In this document: positions 1 to 12,700 of the stretch, piece after piece
Numbering within the stretch: the stretch's first letter is position 1
Layout of the letters: the number at the start of each line of letters is the position of its first letter
Source: Oopsacas minuta
Taxonomy: Eukaryota > Animalia > Porifera
Direction of reading: 5' to 3'
Assembly (NCBI GenBank): GCA_024704765.1
Contig: JAKMXF010000354.1
Span: 419,690-483,689 of the forward strand
Length of the DNA: 64,000 nucleotides
Notes under the pieces: model-generated
What the model was told of the DNA's origin: nothing
Seen by the model: the letters and a program-made list of their open reading frames with translations, nothing else
Database searches by the model: none
Position numbers and translations under genes: made by a program

Positions 1-25
1 CAATAATTGCATAGGAAATACTCAC

Positions 26-3000
26 CATAGAGATGGTCTGTGAGATATAGTTAGTAGAGTAATGCCTAGATTAAGAGCTGTCTGATAGATTGAAGCTTCT
101 GCATCTAGACTAACAGCACTAGAGCATTCATCTAACAGAGCGAATCGTGGCCTAAAATTCACATATAATTCATACTGGTGTTAGTTTATATAATAGGGAA
201 TTGAGAATCTATGAAATATTAGATCATGAATTTCGAAGATATTATCGGCATTATACAAAATATGTGAAAACTGAAAACTACTCAATTCGAATACAGAAAA
301 ACTCGGATAACACGTAGCCCCTCGGGAAAACATAATTAGTACGTAGATACTAACCTGGTGTGAGTCTTATCCAAATACAGTGAAAACTCGTTAATACGAA
401 TTTCCGGTTAAGACGAACAGAATTTTACACAATTTTAGTCCGTGCAATGGAAATTCAATTGTTTTACTCCGGTTAATATGTACTCCGGATAAGGAGTACA
501 AATCTCGACGGTCCTTTTGTGTACGTATTAACGAGGTTCTACTGTAGGTAGTGCATAACAATGAATGATAAATAACTTTTTGTGATATAAGAATAGTACG
601 ACATAATTACTATACACTCTTACATATGGTAAAATATCCTTGCCATGCCAATTCTCTGTTTCTCTCCTCCTGACAAGACATCCTTCCAATCATTTATTGC
701 ATCCCAACCTATTTAATAGAATAATTCCAATTTAAATTTATTAAATCTATAAATATATCCGTATAAGGAAATAAATTATATTAACTCACCTCCTTCTCTT
801 TCTACGAGATATTTCAAGTGAACAATCTTCATAATATCATCCAATTGACCAATAGTAACACCTTTACGTATTAGATCTTCATTCGTATCAGGATAAGTCA
901 CTTGATTTTTCAGATTACCCAAGCTCATATATGGCCTAAAATAACGGTTGATAAAAGAAATTCAACTTTCGATTGTAGAAATGCCAGGGAAATACTAAGT
1001 TATCAAAAGTGTGGGGAATACGAAAAATCTTTCTTACAAAATAAATACGTATCATATTAGGGACATATGAATGAGAGCATATTATGTATACGGTAAAGAA
1101 TATTAACATAACATCTGGATTCTAAAATCTAAGGGATTATCGGGCCAACTTTGCTTACTTATATCAATATATCAATGAAATTCGAAAACAATATGATAAC
1201 AGAAAATGAGTGGAATACAATTACGGATATCTACCATAGTATAATAGTTGAAATACTTTGATGAGAAATTAGAGAATACAGGGTCTTAGTGAATACAGTA
1301 ATTCGGTACTCTTCAATACTGAAAATCTTGTTATCAGTGTACTCAATCTAGCAATGATTACCTTACAAATCGCAGGAACACAAATAGGCAAATGTAAACA
1401 TATTCAAAATAAAATTCGATCAAAGTGAAATAAGGAATAATCCAAAATGGATATTAAAACTATTCAGTGACAAGCTATACTGAAACATAATACATTGCTG
1501 AGTTATGCTTTCAATCTCAAATTAACCATAATGTAATCAGAAACAGGGACAATAAAATGAGAACAGAAAGTTTCTACACAGTAACGGTTTAGTGAAATAG
1601 CAAATTTAGAATACATAATAATGAATGTATTGGAGATTGAAATGGGAGTGTTGAGATTAAATGGGGGTGTTATTTACTGAAAATGACAATAAATTATTCT
1701 ACACTAATATTGAGTAGATATAGTTATGTTTGTGGAGCAAGCATTGGATGTGAGCAGCTTGTGACTTGTAGAGAGCAGTATTGGTAGTAGCAGAAATATT
1801 GAAATTTTGTATAAATAGGATCAGACAGTTAAGATAAATAAACAAATAATTAACAGTAACAAACAAATATGAACTCATTTGAAGAAGTTAGTGATTTCGC
1901 CATTAGAACTTCAGGAGAATGCAAAAAGCTAGAAATGGTAAAACAAATTCTTAAGGAAAATTACAGAGATTTGATAGAATTCCCGTTACTACAGCTGATT
2001 GATGACAAGAAATTATCTAGCACACCAGCTAGTGTATTAGGAGGTATGATAGATAACGATATGTTCTCTGCTAAAGAGAAAGCTAGCATACGGGAAAAGA
2101 GAAGAAAATTGATTAATATTAAAACTGCAAATAATTCCAGACTGAAGGCGTTAAAAGAACTGGAAGATTTGGAAAAAGAAATAACAAAATTACAAGAGTG
2201 TAAAAATGATATGAAGATACAGGAAGAGAAGTTAAAAGCTGAAATAAAATGCTATAAAGCTCATTTAGAAGTAGAATTCCAATCCTGTGATCAACAGCTG
2301 AATTACAGTTTATCAACAGATCTTTTCTATACGTATCTGGATTAAGTTTGTTGCAAACTTTAAAAATAAGTTATGGAAAAGACCAACAGCACTTACTACA
2401 CTCTATCACATTATATATATATATATGGTACACTACTTATAGACATATGCAAATAGCTAGCAAGAGTGAAATGTTAATAATTAGTAAATATAATATAATG
2501 AAATTATACATTTGAATTCATTAATGGCATAAAATCATAATTGTAGGCTATGACAAAGAGGTTGCAACTGGACAAATTTACCTGACCCATATCTCATACA
2601 TACTTTAGAATAATTTCTAAAATTGAATGAAAAGATGATTAACCAAATCGTACAGAGAAAAATTGTGATTTAATACAAATTTCAATGATTATATTAATAT
2701 AATATAAGGAATTAATACTAATTATTTCAAAATTTAATGGACATATTCGGAACCCTAAGTATAAGCCAGAAGCTCAAACTATGCCCAGGCCGACGACCAA
2801 AAGCCCAAACCCTAACGGGCCTCGGGCTTGGGAGTGCAACTTCTACTAGGACACAATCTTCTTTGTACTTAGTAAATTCGAAAGAGGGTTTAAATTACAA
2901 AGGAAGTTTAGAAACAAGTAACATTTTCAATACTATACTATATGATAAATTCTAATAAGATAAATACATCATTGTGCGAATAGGGGAGTTACCTTCCCAA

Positions 3001-5614
3001 GGAAGTGCCTAATCATATATTATAATCTTAGTTTTAGAATATAATATTTCTAAGAATTACACGAGCGAAAAATATTGATGAAAACTAAAACTAGAAAAGT
3101 GTAAAGATTACTAATTAAGTAAGTGCTCTAGACCATAATGACAATATTAGAAGGTATCATGTTGAGGTAATTCTTAAACTCACTCTTTCACTATTATAAG
3201 CAATTGAAAGTAAGATTGTTATTTTAATTAATCATTATTGGATATACCTGGAATGTATATGATCTAGATTGAAATAAATAAATCATGAATTAAATGAAAA
3301 CAAAAGCCACTATGTGTATTTGGATTAATTTTCATTATAATGTGCCTCCAATTACTAGGGCCACTTTAGACAAATTAAATCAACAGACAAAGCTGTCGGC
3401 ACAGGATGTAATTTATATTTGTTGCTCGCTAAGCTCGCAGTTTAATATAAAATTGAATAAAAACGTTACAATATTTTCGAAATCACAAAAAATTGAAATT
3501 TTGTAATGTAATCGCCTCTACCATGGACATCATCATTATGGGTGTCCAATGGGCCCGTCCTACCATTTACACACGTCATCAATTGTAAGTTTATTCTAGC
3601 TGCTATTGTCATTGGGTTATTCGAATTCCAAATTTTACCTGGTTGATGACGTCACACAATTTGTGGCACAGTGTGTCAGATCCAAAATCGTGACCCTCAG
3701 AGCACACCACACGGTAATTGTTCATGCACCCGAAAATTTTCAGCCCTTAATCAATAATAGTTTTGGCTAAGCATTGTATACGATTATACTATAGTGACAC
3801 AGTAAACACAAACCTCTGTGGGATATAGAATAACAATTCAGGTGGAGGCTTGTGTACCCTCTCTCCGTAACATGGCCAGAGATTACTCAGAATCCTAAAT
3901 AGCGAGCTTTTACCACAGCCGTTAGGCCCTGTTATCAGTAGATGCATACCCTTCTCTACCTAATAACAGAAATTATAATTATAAGCGAGGAGATACAATT
4001 TAATAACTACGTACTTTAAAAGATAGATCTGATACAATAAAGTCAGAATTAGGAGTTATGATAGAAATATTCTCTAATTGAATAAGATGTTCTGTCTCTA
4101 CTATCTCAGCTAGGGCAGGTATCTCTCTAACCTCTCGGTTAGATAGAGAAGAGTTATCAAGAGTCTGTAGACGACCCTCATTAGCTGTTTTATACTCCTC
4201 ACGCTCCATGTCATCGAATACTTCTAACATCTCTGATAATCTGTACGTGTACCCAGCAAGCTCCACAATCTGTGATATGCATCTAATACGTTATTACAAA
4301 ACACAATTGATTTCTAATGAATTAATTACCCATTATAACTCACCTCTTTATAAGAAGAGAATATTCTCTCCCATGCATCTGCTGCGCTAATCAATAAATG
4401 CTTCTTGGTTGTGAATGCATGAGCTCGTGAACTGATTACGTTAATAGAGTGTGTGGGAGCTTCAGAATCAGGAAGTAAGAGAGGAATAGCGACCATACAC
4501 ATACCGGTAACAGACCACATGTACTTCATTAGGAACTGTTCAACCATTACGTACCATAGTCTGCTTAAGTATATACGAGACATCTGACGGACTAAAGCAT
4601 TGTAACTCTGTTGTAGCAAGCTGAGCTCAATCTAGCATGCGATATATTAAGAGGTAAATACGAGGGTTAAAAGTTCTACTAACCTTGCTACCATCATAGA
4701 AAGCAATCTCTTCAGAATTTGAAATAACTCTAGAGTGTACAAATCTGAGAAATCCGTGTCTCTTCGCCTCTTCTGCTACTAGTCTCCCGAAGGGTGGTGC
4801 AAGTAATCGAAGGAGAAAAGCACTAATAGTAATGGTCATAGCGCCGAGCGATAGAGGAAGAGAGGTCACCTCTCCTCTAACAACATCAATATGTATAGAG
4901 GCACGTGTTAATATCACCAAGTCTAGAACAGGCTTGCTAATATGTGAGTAGATGTGAGCTACTGCATCACAGAAATTCTTTACATCTTCTGTCAAACACT
5001 GATCAGGGTTGTTCAGTCTTGAATCAAGATTTGAAACCTATTAACAAAGATAAGAACAAAATATAAGAACATATTCTAATATATACCTTGTAATAGACTT
5101 GATTTGAGAAATACCTCCTATATAAATGACCTACTAGCTCAGTTCTTAGACACAAGGCAAGATGACTCTCTAAGAATCTGATTAAAGAATTAACAAACGT
5201 AGCAGGAACAGACATCATCAACCATTGAAAAATGCACCATATAAATAACTTGGGTTTTTTCTGGACTATGGATACTACCATACGTCCATCTAACTCTGCT
5301 ATAATTAGCGATAACAAGCTCCTGCAGACTAACGTTATTGTGTAGAGAATGAAGATACCACCAGCTTTTGAAAAAATCCCAGGAACAGATAATTTCATCA
5401 GTTTTAAGAGAGTGCGAAAGAAATGAATATTCATAGTTGGATGCAATTTCTTTGCTTTTACAACTACATTTTTCTCCTCTTTCATCAGAGCAAGTACTCC
5501 GTCTAGCTGAGGTTCTTGAGCGATACTCTTTCTCTTACGTTTCTTGTACAAGTATAAACTGCCCCCACATATAACGACAATCACACAAGTACTGGAATAG
5601 ATCCAATACTTCAT
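26..5614 (-). CDS. ABCD1: Peroxisomal ABC half-transporter, ABCD1/ABCD2 (ALDP)-like; 3' end runs off the left edge of the window
   Basis: Exons joined by hand, all GT-AG and in frame: 5614-5087, 5037-4684, 4631-4344, 4269-4015, 3959-3814, 935-790, 708-624, 151-26. Motifs: [24 protein letters not shown]-like EEIAFY, Walker [16 protein letters not shown], signature [13 protein letters not shown], Walker [23 protein letters not shown]1 versus ABCD2 cannot be separated by eye. Confidence 0.95.
378..544. mobile_element. MITE with TA target-site duplication (pogo/Tc1-mariner type ends)
   Basis: Left end CAGTGAAAACTCGTTAATACG and reverse complement of right end CAGTAGAACCTCGTTAATACG; TA at 376-377 and 545-546; lies in ABCD intron 152-623. 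Confidence 0.8.
1869..2345 (+). CDS. Maf/CNC-type bZIP transcription factor, nested antisense in ABCD intron 936-3813
   Basis: Extended homology-like segment ([37 protein letters not shown]), basic region with N-x7-R (NIKTANNSR), then heptads L-L-M-L-Y; single exon. Confidence 0.8.
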   Translation: MNSFEEVSDFAIRTSGECKKLEMVKQILKENYRDLIEFPLLQLIDDKKLSSTPASVLGGMIDNDMFSAKEKASIREKRRKLINIKTANNSRLKALKELEDLEKEITKLQECKNDMKIQEEKLKAEIKCYKAHLEVEFQSCDQQLNYSLSTDLFYTYLD

Positions 5615-5752
5615 AATAATTATTGCTAGAAAATGTTTCCATAAAACAAAATTGATCTGTTATGGTTCATTGAGATTCTAATAACTTGTCTAATACAGTT
5701 TAAAAATAAAGCATGGAATGAATTTATACAAAAATTTCTTATATTTATAAAA

Positions 5753-6148
5753 CTAGCTAACAAATATTTGAACTCTGAGCATTAGAGTACAAGTAGTACA
5801 TGGTATAATGAGCTCTTCATCTACTCCTGTGACATCATCTGCTTCCAGTACATACTCCCCTCCACATCTACATGGATATGTGTAACCCTCCCCCGTCTCT
5901 AAACATTCCATATCACTTATTTTGATAGTTTCTTGACAAGCAGCATGAGGTGTCTGTAACTGTCTGTCTATGATAGATTTCTTAATTGGATCAATCAGTA
6001 TCTCATAAGCTTGTTGTATTTCTAAGAAGTTCGTAGATTTTGGGTATTTATCAGGGTGAGATCGTAATACCAGCTGTTTGTAAGCTCTCTTAACACGGTC
6101 TGTATCTGATAATATAGAAATACCAAGTACATGGTAAGGATTAGACAT
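5753..6148 (-). CDS. DNAJC24: Diphthamide biosynthesis protein DPH4 (J domain plus CSL zinc finger)
   Basis: NPYHVLG...HPDK J domain; YPCRCGG...CTTC CSL finger. ATG 6148 preferred over the upstream non-ATG ORF start; CTCTATTCTAG acceptor 1 nt upstream. Confidence 0.92.
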   Translation of the reverse strand: MSNPYHVLGISILSDTDRVKRAYKQLVLRSHPDKYPKSTNFLEIQQAYEILIDPIKKSIIDRQLQTPHAACQETIKISDMECLETGEGYTYPCRCGGEYVLEADDVTGVDEELIIPCTTCTLMLRVQIFVS

Positions 6149-6325
6149 GCTAGAATAGAGATACATACAGCTCAATTAAACTGATGGAGACTTATATGAT
6201 AATTTAATGATATTTGTATTACAAAATTTTATCTAGAATGCTATGGCAACAAATTAAAGTTGCAATACGAATATCCTAATTTCACTGAGATCTCCTATAA
6301 TGTACTACAGCACTAACTAATATAT
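6149..6325 (-). promoter_or_regulatory. Short spacer between RPS26 and DPH4 carrying the RPS26 3' end and ending in the DPH4 acceptor-like AG
   Basis: 177-nt AT-rich spacer; AATAAA at the RPS26 stop; acceptor-like TATGTATCTCTATTCTAG directly before cATG. Confidence 0.55.
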
Positions 6326-6745
6326 TTATTGTTTTGTCTGTCCCTGCACACGCTGGGTGTTTGGGCCTGTAGACTGTGAGAATTGACCCCCGGTCCCTGG
6401 GGCTGCAGGATTGGGTCTGGGGAGGTCGTCTCTCTTGGGTCTGAAACGAGGAGGAGGATTTCTGTCTCTGCGAGCCTCTTTGGATCTGTTCCTCACTACT
6501 TTTGAGTGAATAGCACAACTAACACAGTAACATTGCTTTATGTACATTTTGGGTAGACTGTAAGATTCGTATACACTTTGATCTGTAATATCCCTAACAG
6601 CTGCAGCTTCTACTATGTTACGTATTGTGAACTTTTTGATAGCTTTATCTTTAGGGACACACCTAGCACAATTGGTACAACGTACGAAGCGGACATGACC
6701 CCTCCCATGCTTATTGCGGCCGTTATTTCTTCTCTTCTGAGTCAT
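6326..6745 (-). CDS. RPS26: 40S ribosomal protein S26 (eS26), intronless
   Basis: [51 protein letters not shown]; AATAAA overlaps the stop codon. Confidence 0.98.
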   Translation of the reverse strand: MTQKRRNNGRNKHGRGHVRFVRCTNCARCVPKDKAIKKFTIRNIVEAAAVRDITDQSVYESYSLPKMYIKQCYCVSCAIHSKVVRNRSKEARRDRNPPPRFRPKRDDLPRPNPAAPGTGGQFSQSTGPNTQRVQGQTKQ

Positions 6746-6945
6746 ATGTTGAATCAATTATCTAAAACTCGCAGGGATAATAGTAATACTTACAAAAATG
6801 AATACATTTCACTTTTACACATAATCTATGGCAATAATTATAGTATCAAATATTGTAATATTAATACTATGTACTGAATATACAGATGAATACTATATAC
6901 AATATTATGTGAAAAGAATACACAATATGTTAGTTAGTGTATGAG

Positions 6946-9114
6946 CTACAATACAACTTGTTGTCTATGCTTCTTAAGACAATACATAGAGCAGTATAAA
7001 TAGCTAGATTTCTCAAAATAGCTATCTCCTTGTAACCCATGCATACACTGTGCACACTTGTCACCTGATGTGACAGCTGATGACATGAATCGTTTCTCAG
7101 CAGCTAGAGCTCTCTTTTCTCTCTCACTCAGTACTTTACATACTTCCCCTTCTTCTTGTTTCCCTGTGTTCTTTCTTTGTTTCTTAGCAGAACCCTTAGA
7201 TTTCTTCTTTTCAACTTTCCTCCTCCTCTGCTCCTCTTCCATCTCAGGAGAGAGAGGAGATGAGATTTTAGCATCTGAGTAGTTGTAAGCTAAAGGGTGT
7301 GAGAACATGAATCTACGAAAAGCATCTCTACTAGGTTTATCACGAGCTCTCTCGTACGGAACTTTTCCTTGCTTGTCCTTAACAGTAGGATCAGCTCCAT
7401 ATCTTAAGAAGTGGAATATGAGAGGAGAGAATCCTTTGTGTGCGGCTAGATGTAGAGGGGTGTATCCTTCTGAATTAGTCATCTGTAAGACTCTTCTCTT
7501 CTCTGTATCTAGGAAATCATCCCATATCCTAATAGTTATACTCTCAATGCTATCTTCCAGGGTATTAGGGGTATACTCGCTCTGTATCATAGAGGGATTA
7601 TCTTCTTGGGGCTCTGGGATATTATCTTCGATGACGTCAGTATCCTCTATAACAGAGTTAATTGGATCTTCTAATACTACCCAGTCCTCATCAGAACCAG
7701 ATTCAACAGCTGATTTCTCCATAGATACAGTATCTATTACTTCAGGGGACTCTACAGGCTCTGGAAATGAGAGGGGGTCTCCTATCTGAGCGAGGAGGGA
7801 GAGTACTTTAGGAGTTTCACACTTTCCACACGCCTCCATCAGCTGTTCGAAGAACTGCTCAAAAGGGTCCAAAATTTCAATATTTGATTTTTTGCTTTTC
7901 TTGGCTCTACGAGATTTTTTCGGTTTCTTCTCGCACTTAGTCTCCTTCTCCATATTCCTCTCTACAACCTCAACATCTAGAGCATCAAACAGATCCTTAA
8001 CTATATGACGGTTAGGAGGACTGGTCCCAGTATGATCCACCATAGTGACGTCATCATCCTCAGCTGTGAAGTCGTCTAACGTTCCATGCACGAACATGCT
8101 AGTCATAAGAGCATGTATCCTCTTAACCTCAGTGAATGTAGGTCTTCTGGTATTGACAGGGACAGGTCGCACACGTGAATCATCTTTAAAGAATCCAAAG
8201 TTCTCTCCCTCTGCATAGAACGTCTGTCTGCTGTATACAGGAATGCGTATGAAGATGACGTCACACTTACTAAGTTTGTCACTCCAGCTCCGTAACAGCT
8301 CTTGTATATCCTTAATGAGAGCTGCTTCATTAGCTCTACGAATCTGAGCTCCCATGGAGCGAGCGAAGCTAGACTTATCCTGAGTGGATTGGATAGTTCC
8401 TCCCTTAGCGCGGACTACGTACCGATGGAATGTTTTATGACAAAGAATAGTTTCCCCGTGGAAAATTGCTCCGGCAAAATGTCCGGCAGATTGCATCAGG
8501 ACAGCAACACGTGTTCTCTCAGGCACGAGGGAGATACTGCGTAACAGCTGGTTGAGGGTATCAGGAGTATGTGCGGGGTGATGCACTAACTCTCTATACA
8601 CAGAGCATACTGTATTATCTATATTACAATATAGCATTAGTTTGGGAGGAGATTTAGTGATGGTATCCTGGTCGTCATCAGAACTGTCAGAACCAGAAAT
8701 ACTGGAAATATCCTGAGATAGGAGGAGGTTAAATTCCTGCTCCTCGACCTGTTTCTTACCAGCAAGTTGTAGACGTAGATTGTAACGATGCCAATCATCT
8801 TTGTAATGTTCCAGCATTTCTTCTCTTGAGCTGAATTTGACGTCACAGAGAGAGCAAGATAGTGTGTTTAAATTAGGGGCTGGTTTATCAGGAACTGGGG
8901 GTGTGATAAGGGGGCTAAGCGATGCGAGGGCGGAGTGGGTAGATTCGATAATTTGTCTGTTAGAGAGGACATCTTTGAGGAAGTGTGTCTCACAAAGTTT
9001 CTGCTGACCTAGCTTTGAAAATACAGACAGCACAGGATTTAGTATAGTGTGTTTGTCCTGAGGCAGAGCTAGGTTTAGATGGACGGGAGCTTTAGTATCA
9101 AGTTTTGTAGCCAT
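6946..9114 (-). CDS. ANKZF1: ANKZF1/Vms1 ribosome-quality-control tRNA endonuclease
   Basis: C2H2 finger (CSLC...HYKDDWHRYNL); VLRF1 domain (AGHFAGAIF, KTFHRYVVRAKGGTIQS with the catalytic Gln); ankyrin repeat (GYTPLHLAA); coiled coil; C-terminal treble clef (CAQC...YCSMYC). First ATG at 9114; intronless. Confidence 0.95.
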   Translation of the reverse strand: MATKLDTKAPVHLNLALPQDKHTILNPVLSVFSKLGQQKLCETHFLKDVLSNRQIIESTHSALASLSPLITPPVPDKPAPNLNTLSCSLCDVKFSSREEMLEHYKDDWHRYNLRLQLAGKKQVEEQEFNLLLSQDISSISGSDSSDDDQDTITKSPPKLMLYCNIDNTVCSVYRELVHHPAHTPDTLNQLLRSISLVPERTRVAVLMQSAGHFAGAIFHGETILCHKTFHRYVVRAKGGTIQSTQDKSSFARSMGAQIRRANEAALIKDIQELLRSWSDKLSKCDVIFIRIPVYSRQTFYAEGENFGFFKDDSRVRPVPVNTRRPTFTEVKRIHALMTSMFVHGTLDDFTAEDDDVTMVDHTGTSPPNRHIVKDLFDALDVEVVERNMEKETKCEKKPKKSRRAKKSKKSNIEILDPFEQFFEQLMEACGKCETPKVLSLLAQIGDPLSFPEPVESPEVIDTVSMEKSAVESGSDEDWVVLEDPINSVIEDTDVIEDNIPEPQEDNPSMIQSEYTPNTLEDSIESITIRIWDDFLDTEKRRVLQMTNSEGYTPLHLAAHKGFSPLIFHFLRYGADPTVKDKQGKVPYERARDKPSRDAFRRFMFSHPLAYNYSDAKISSPLSPEMEEEQRRRKVEKKKSKGSAKKQRKNTGKQEEGEVCKVLSEREKRALAAEKRFMSSAVTSGDKCAQCMHGLQGDSYFEKSSYLYCSMYCLKKHRQQVVL

Positions 9115-9723
9115 CACTGAAGTAGGTAATTGTATAATGTAATTGTAGAATAATTAGAAATTACTTATATAGCCATCTGTATATGTAATCGGTTTATTTA
9201 TAGTACAATCTGTTTAGCATTACTTCATCTGAAATGCATGCATCTAGTGACATAAAATGGAAATAAAACCACTTAACTATGTTGTAACTACTACAACTAC
9301 AGGCAAGACAAGTTGTAACTATGACTAGTGGTGTGGTTGAAGTGGGTAACTATAAATCTATTATAAGATAATTCTTGTTGGAAAGTGAGTGAACTGAAAT
9401 TATTTACACATATCTAAAGGCCGGGGGTATGCCAGTTTGAAAATTTTGGAACTACAAGGGAAAGGCCATTTCTACTATATACCATAGCCAAATTGTTAAA
9501 TGGTGTATTCTTCATGAAAATGACAGTGTCACATTTTAAACAAATGAAGTGGATTAAAGACAAATAACAGGTGGCAATCTTTTCGCAAAAATAATAAGCC
9601 ACAAAAAAACAATTAAAACATTGCAATTTATTATACTTTATACAAAACAACATAAAAGCTATCTAGAAATAAAAGCTGTGATATGTCACGTTAAAAATAC
9701 TACTATATATACAAGCTGATAAA

Positions 9724-12700
9724 TTATTTTGATTTTGAGGCTGATTGATCACAGATTTTGGAGCCTAATGAAATTAGGTTTCTGATGTACTTAAGGAATG
9801 ATATCGCTTCTCTGTCAGTAGTCCTATCATTCAATACATTAAGTATTAGTATGTCTGTAGGGAACATAAAATTGAGGGTGACTGGCTTAGCTTTTCCCTC
9901 TGTGTCTGTGAACAGAGTGTCGATTACAGGAACTTCGGCTATGTCTAGGTATATAGATCCAGCGTAATCATCTTGAGAGAGCCTGTCCCAATCCCATAGA
10001 GATAGCCGTACAACTTTAGAGTGACTACGGAATCGGTCCAAAGATATTTCAACTGAAAATTCTTCATTGAAGAGAGCAGATAATGTTCTTTTGTGATGTT
10101 TTGTTTTAATCGTCCTCATCTCATTGGGATCAGGCAAGAGATTCACTGTTATATAAGGATCACATGTTCCATGATACGAATCCATTCGAGGAAAGTTCTC
10201 TCCACGGAGAATTGAAATATTCAGCGTTCCTCTACCTTTTTGGTAGTACACACTGAAAGTTAAACTGCCGTACTTATTGGCTATTTTTGTATTCGCTTTG
10301 GCTAGCTCACAGTAATATTTATTCACCAATTCCTTCGTTTCAAGACTGTATAGTTTGAAATAATTCTGAAGAATTTCAAACTCAAATGAACACAGTTGTT
10401 CTTCACTCAATCCATCTCCACTCCCATAGAAAAACTGATACAGAACTTCTAGGCTAAGATATAGACGTTTATACTGGCCCTCTGTCCTCATTTTATTGTC
10501 CTTGTACTCGATTAATATCTTTATGACTCTCAGCCATAATTCATTCAGTAACACACTGAAATGTTCCTGACACAGAGTATCACAAGAAGACTGTATATTG
10601 CTAACTAACCACTGCATTAATGGATCAACAGCAAGTTCAAACTCTATATCGTAATTTTGTGTCAGAAAATTGTGGAAAATCTCGCGAAATTGCCGTTCGA
10701 AATAATTCCCGAGCAGGATAAGCATCTTAGATTCACAATGCTTAACATCTTCAATAGAATCATCTAATACTCTCTGTAGAGTATCGACTGGTGACTGTTC
10801 AGATCCTTCAAATTCCTTGCTGATTGACGCCCAGTTAAGTCTGTTAGGTATTTCCTTAAGATGATGCTGAGTTAGATAAGCATTGTTCAATAACATACAA
10901 GCATTCTCATCTATGACAAATTTCTTCTTAGCTTCTAATCCATCTTTTATAGTTTTTCCTAGTTTCTCTAATAACAGATGTGCGAAGTGTTTAGCTATAT
11001 CTCCTCCAACTAATGTAAGCTTAATAACAAAATTAAATGTATCCTCTTTAACAGGCCATTGTAACCTCTCATAGAAATGGTAACACTGTTCAAAGCATAG
11101 AGCTGTGTCTACAGCCGATGACGTCACTTTGATGTTACTATGTGTACCATACACTTGACCTGAGTCGTATTCAACTAATCGCTGGAGAGATGCAGTTGCA
11201 ATGGATTTGGTTACTTCCATCCAAGTGAGTACACATGGTTTGAACCACATGTACAACTTCTGGAGACACCATCCATCAACAGGGGTGTGTTTGGTGTAGG
11301 AACTAAAGTTCAGGACATCTCTCACTCCCTGATAGAGACGGAAAATGACAAGTGCTCCTTTCGACTTCTCGGCTATCTCTTTCTTAATATCTTCCCCATC
11401 TTTGCCTGAAACTAGAAAATGCTCTTTTGAGTCAAAGGTCTTGAAGAATTCCTCAATTTCCATAGCTAGCATAGAGTCCAGTTTCTGGAATGCAACATCG
11501 AAGTACACAATACCTATCTTCTTGAATGGTTTCTGATACCCAGCCCAGCTGTTTGCTAGATACTGAGCAGCTGAGTAGCATACGTCAGAGAGAGTAGCAG
11601 CTTGATCAAGATCCTGATTGGTTAGAGTGAGAGGCTGTGCTTTCGCAAATTCCAGATGTTTCCATGTTTCAATATCTTTAAGAATTCTCTCCTTCAGGAT
11701 ATCAGCAAGAGACAGTTCGTCTGACAATCTCCTAGTGAACTTTAAGAATTTAAACACCTGAGTAAGAGATTTCAGAACAGCTGATAAATGAGCTATAGAT
11801 CGGGAACAAGTATTAGGAAATACATTGCTAGTTCTCTCCAGCAGCGTTAACTCATGTTCGTAGATAGAGTATAAGTGTGCTATAGTATCCTGTACACATT
11901 GCATTGGGATAATTTCTAACTGTTCTTGCCATAGAGATGTTAGTACAAGAGTTGTCATACACAGTTCATCACGCTCGTATGTATACTTAGTGATATATTT
12001 CGCGAGGAGAGGCAGTCTAGCTATGGTAGACTCAAACTCACTCATAACTAGAAGTTCTTGTATTGCGATAGATATTGACAGAAATGGTTCAGGTAGTCTA
12101 CCATTTAAGAAAGGATTATTCTTCTGAGTACTGTGTCTAGCTGATTCTAGTAGAAACTTCTCCAGTAGCTCAGCTCCATGTCTACCCTTTCTGTATGCAG
12201 AGAGGAGAGATTCTACTAATCGCACTTGAAAACTGAATGTTAAGTGGATTTTACCGCGGTAGCTTTTACCGGAATGAGATCTAAGCTCGTGCCAGGTACT
12301 TTTAGGAAATGTGGTGTCGAATGTAGTCAAATCTACCACACATCTCCCAACAAATTCATCCTTTATTTTAACTTTTGCCCCTTTCCCTGGTTCTCCGCTA
12401 GAGTCCCATACTTCAACAAGTAACAGCTGATCTGACTTCAATTCAAACTCAAAATCCTCTTTCCAAACAGGCTCTAAGTTCCTATGGCTGATATGGCTCA
12501 CTTGTATCGGAGAGTTCTTAGAAACTAGGTCTGATAATTTGCCTCTAGAATTCCTATCTAAAGTATCCCGGGATACTAGTCCTAACTTGCAATAAGGGTT
12601 TGCTCTCTCACTTGAATCTGATAAGGGTAGCTCAGTAGCTGCCTCAAGGGAGACAGATAAGGTGTGATTGAAGAGACACTCTGTTTCTGCTTCCTTTCTC

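Noticed and set aside
950-1700. Purine-rich stretch upstream of the bZIP as a hidden coding exon or retroelement relic
   Set aside because: All frames are interrupted by stops and no recognisable motif was found.
3647-3654. CRE palindrome TGACGTCA in the ABCD intron downstream of the nested bZIP
   Set aside because: A single 8-mer in what looks like repeat-derived sequence, with no positional support for function.
7058-7789. Plus-strand ORFs opposite ANKZF1, and similar shadow ORFs at 15559-15855, 22333-22782, 30029-30310, 41375-41677, 43894-44442 and 51328-51732
   Set aside because: They are antisense or alternate-frame shadows of well-supported genes, arising from low-complexity or biased codon use, with no recognisable domains.
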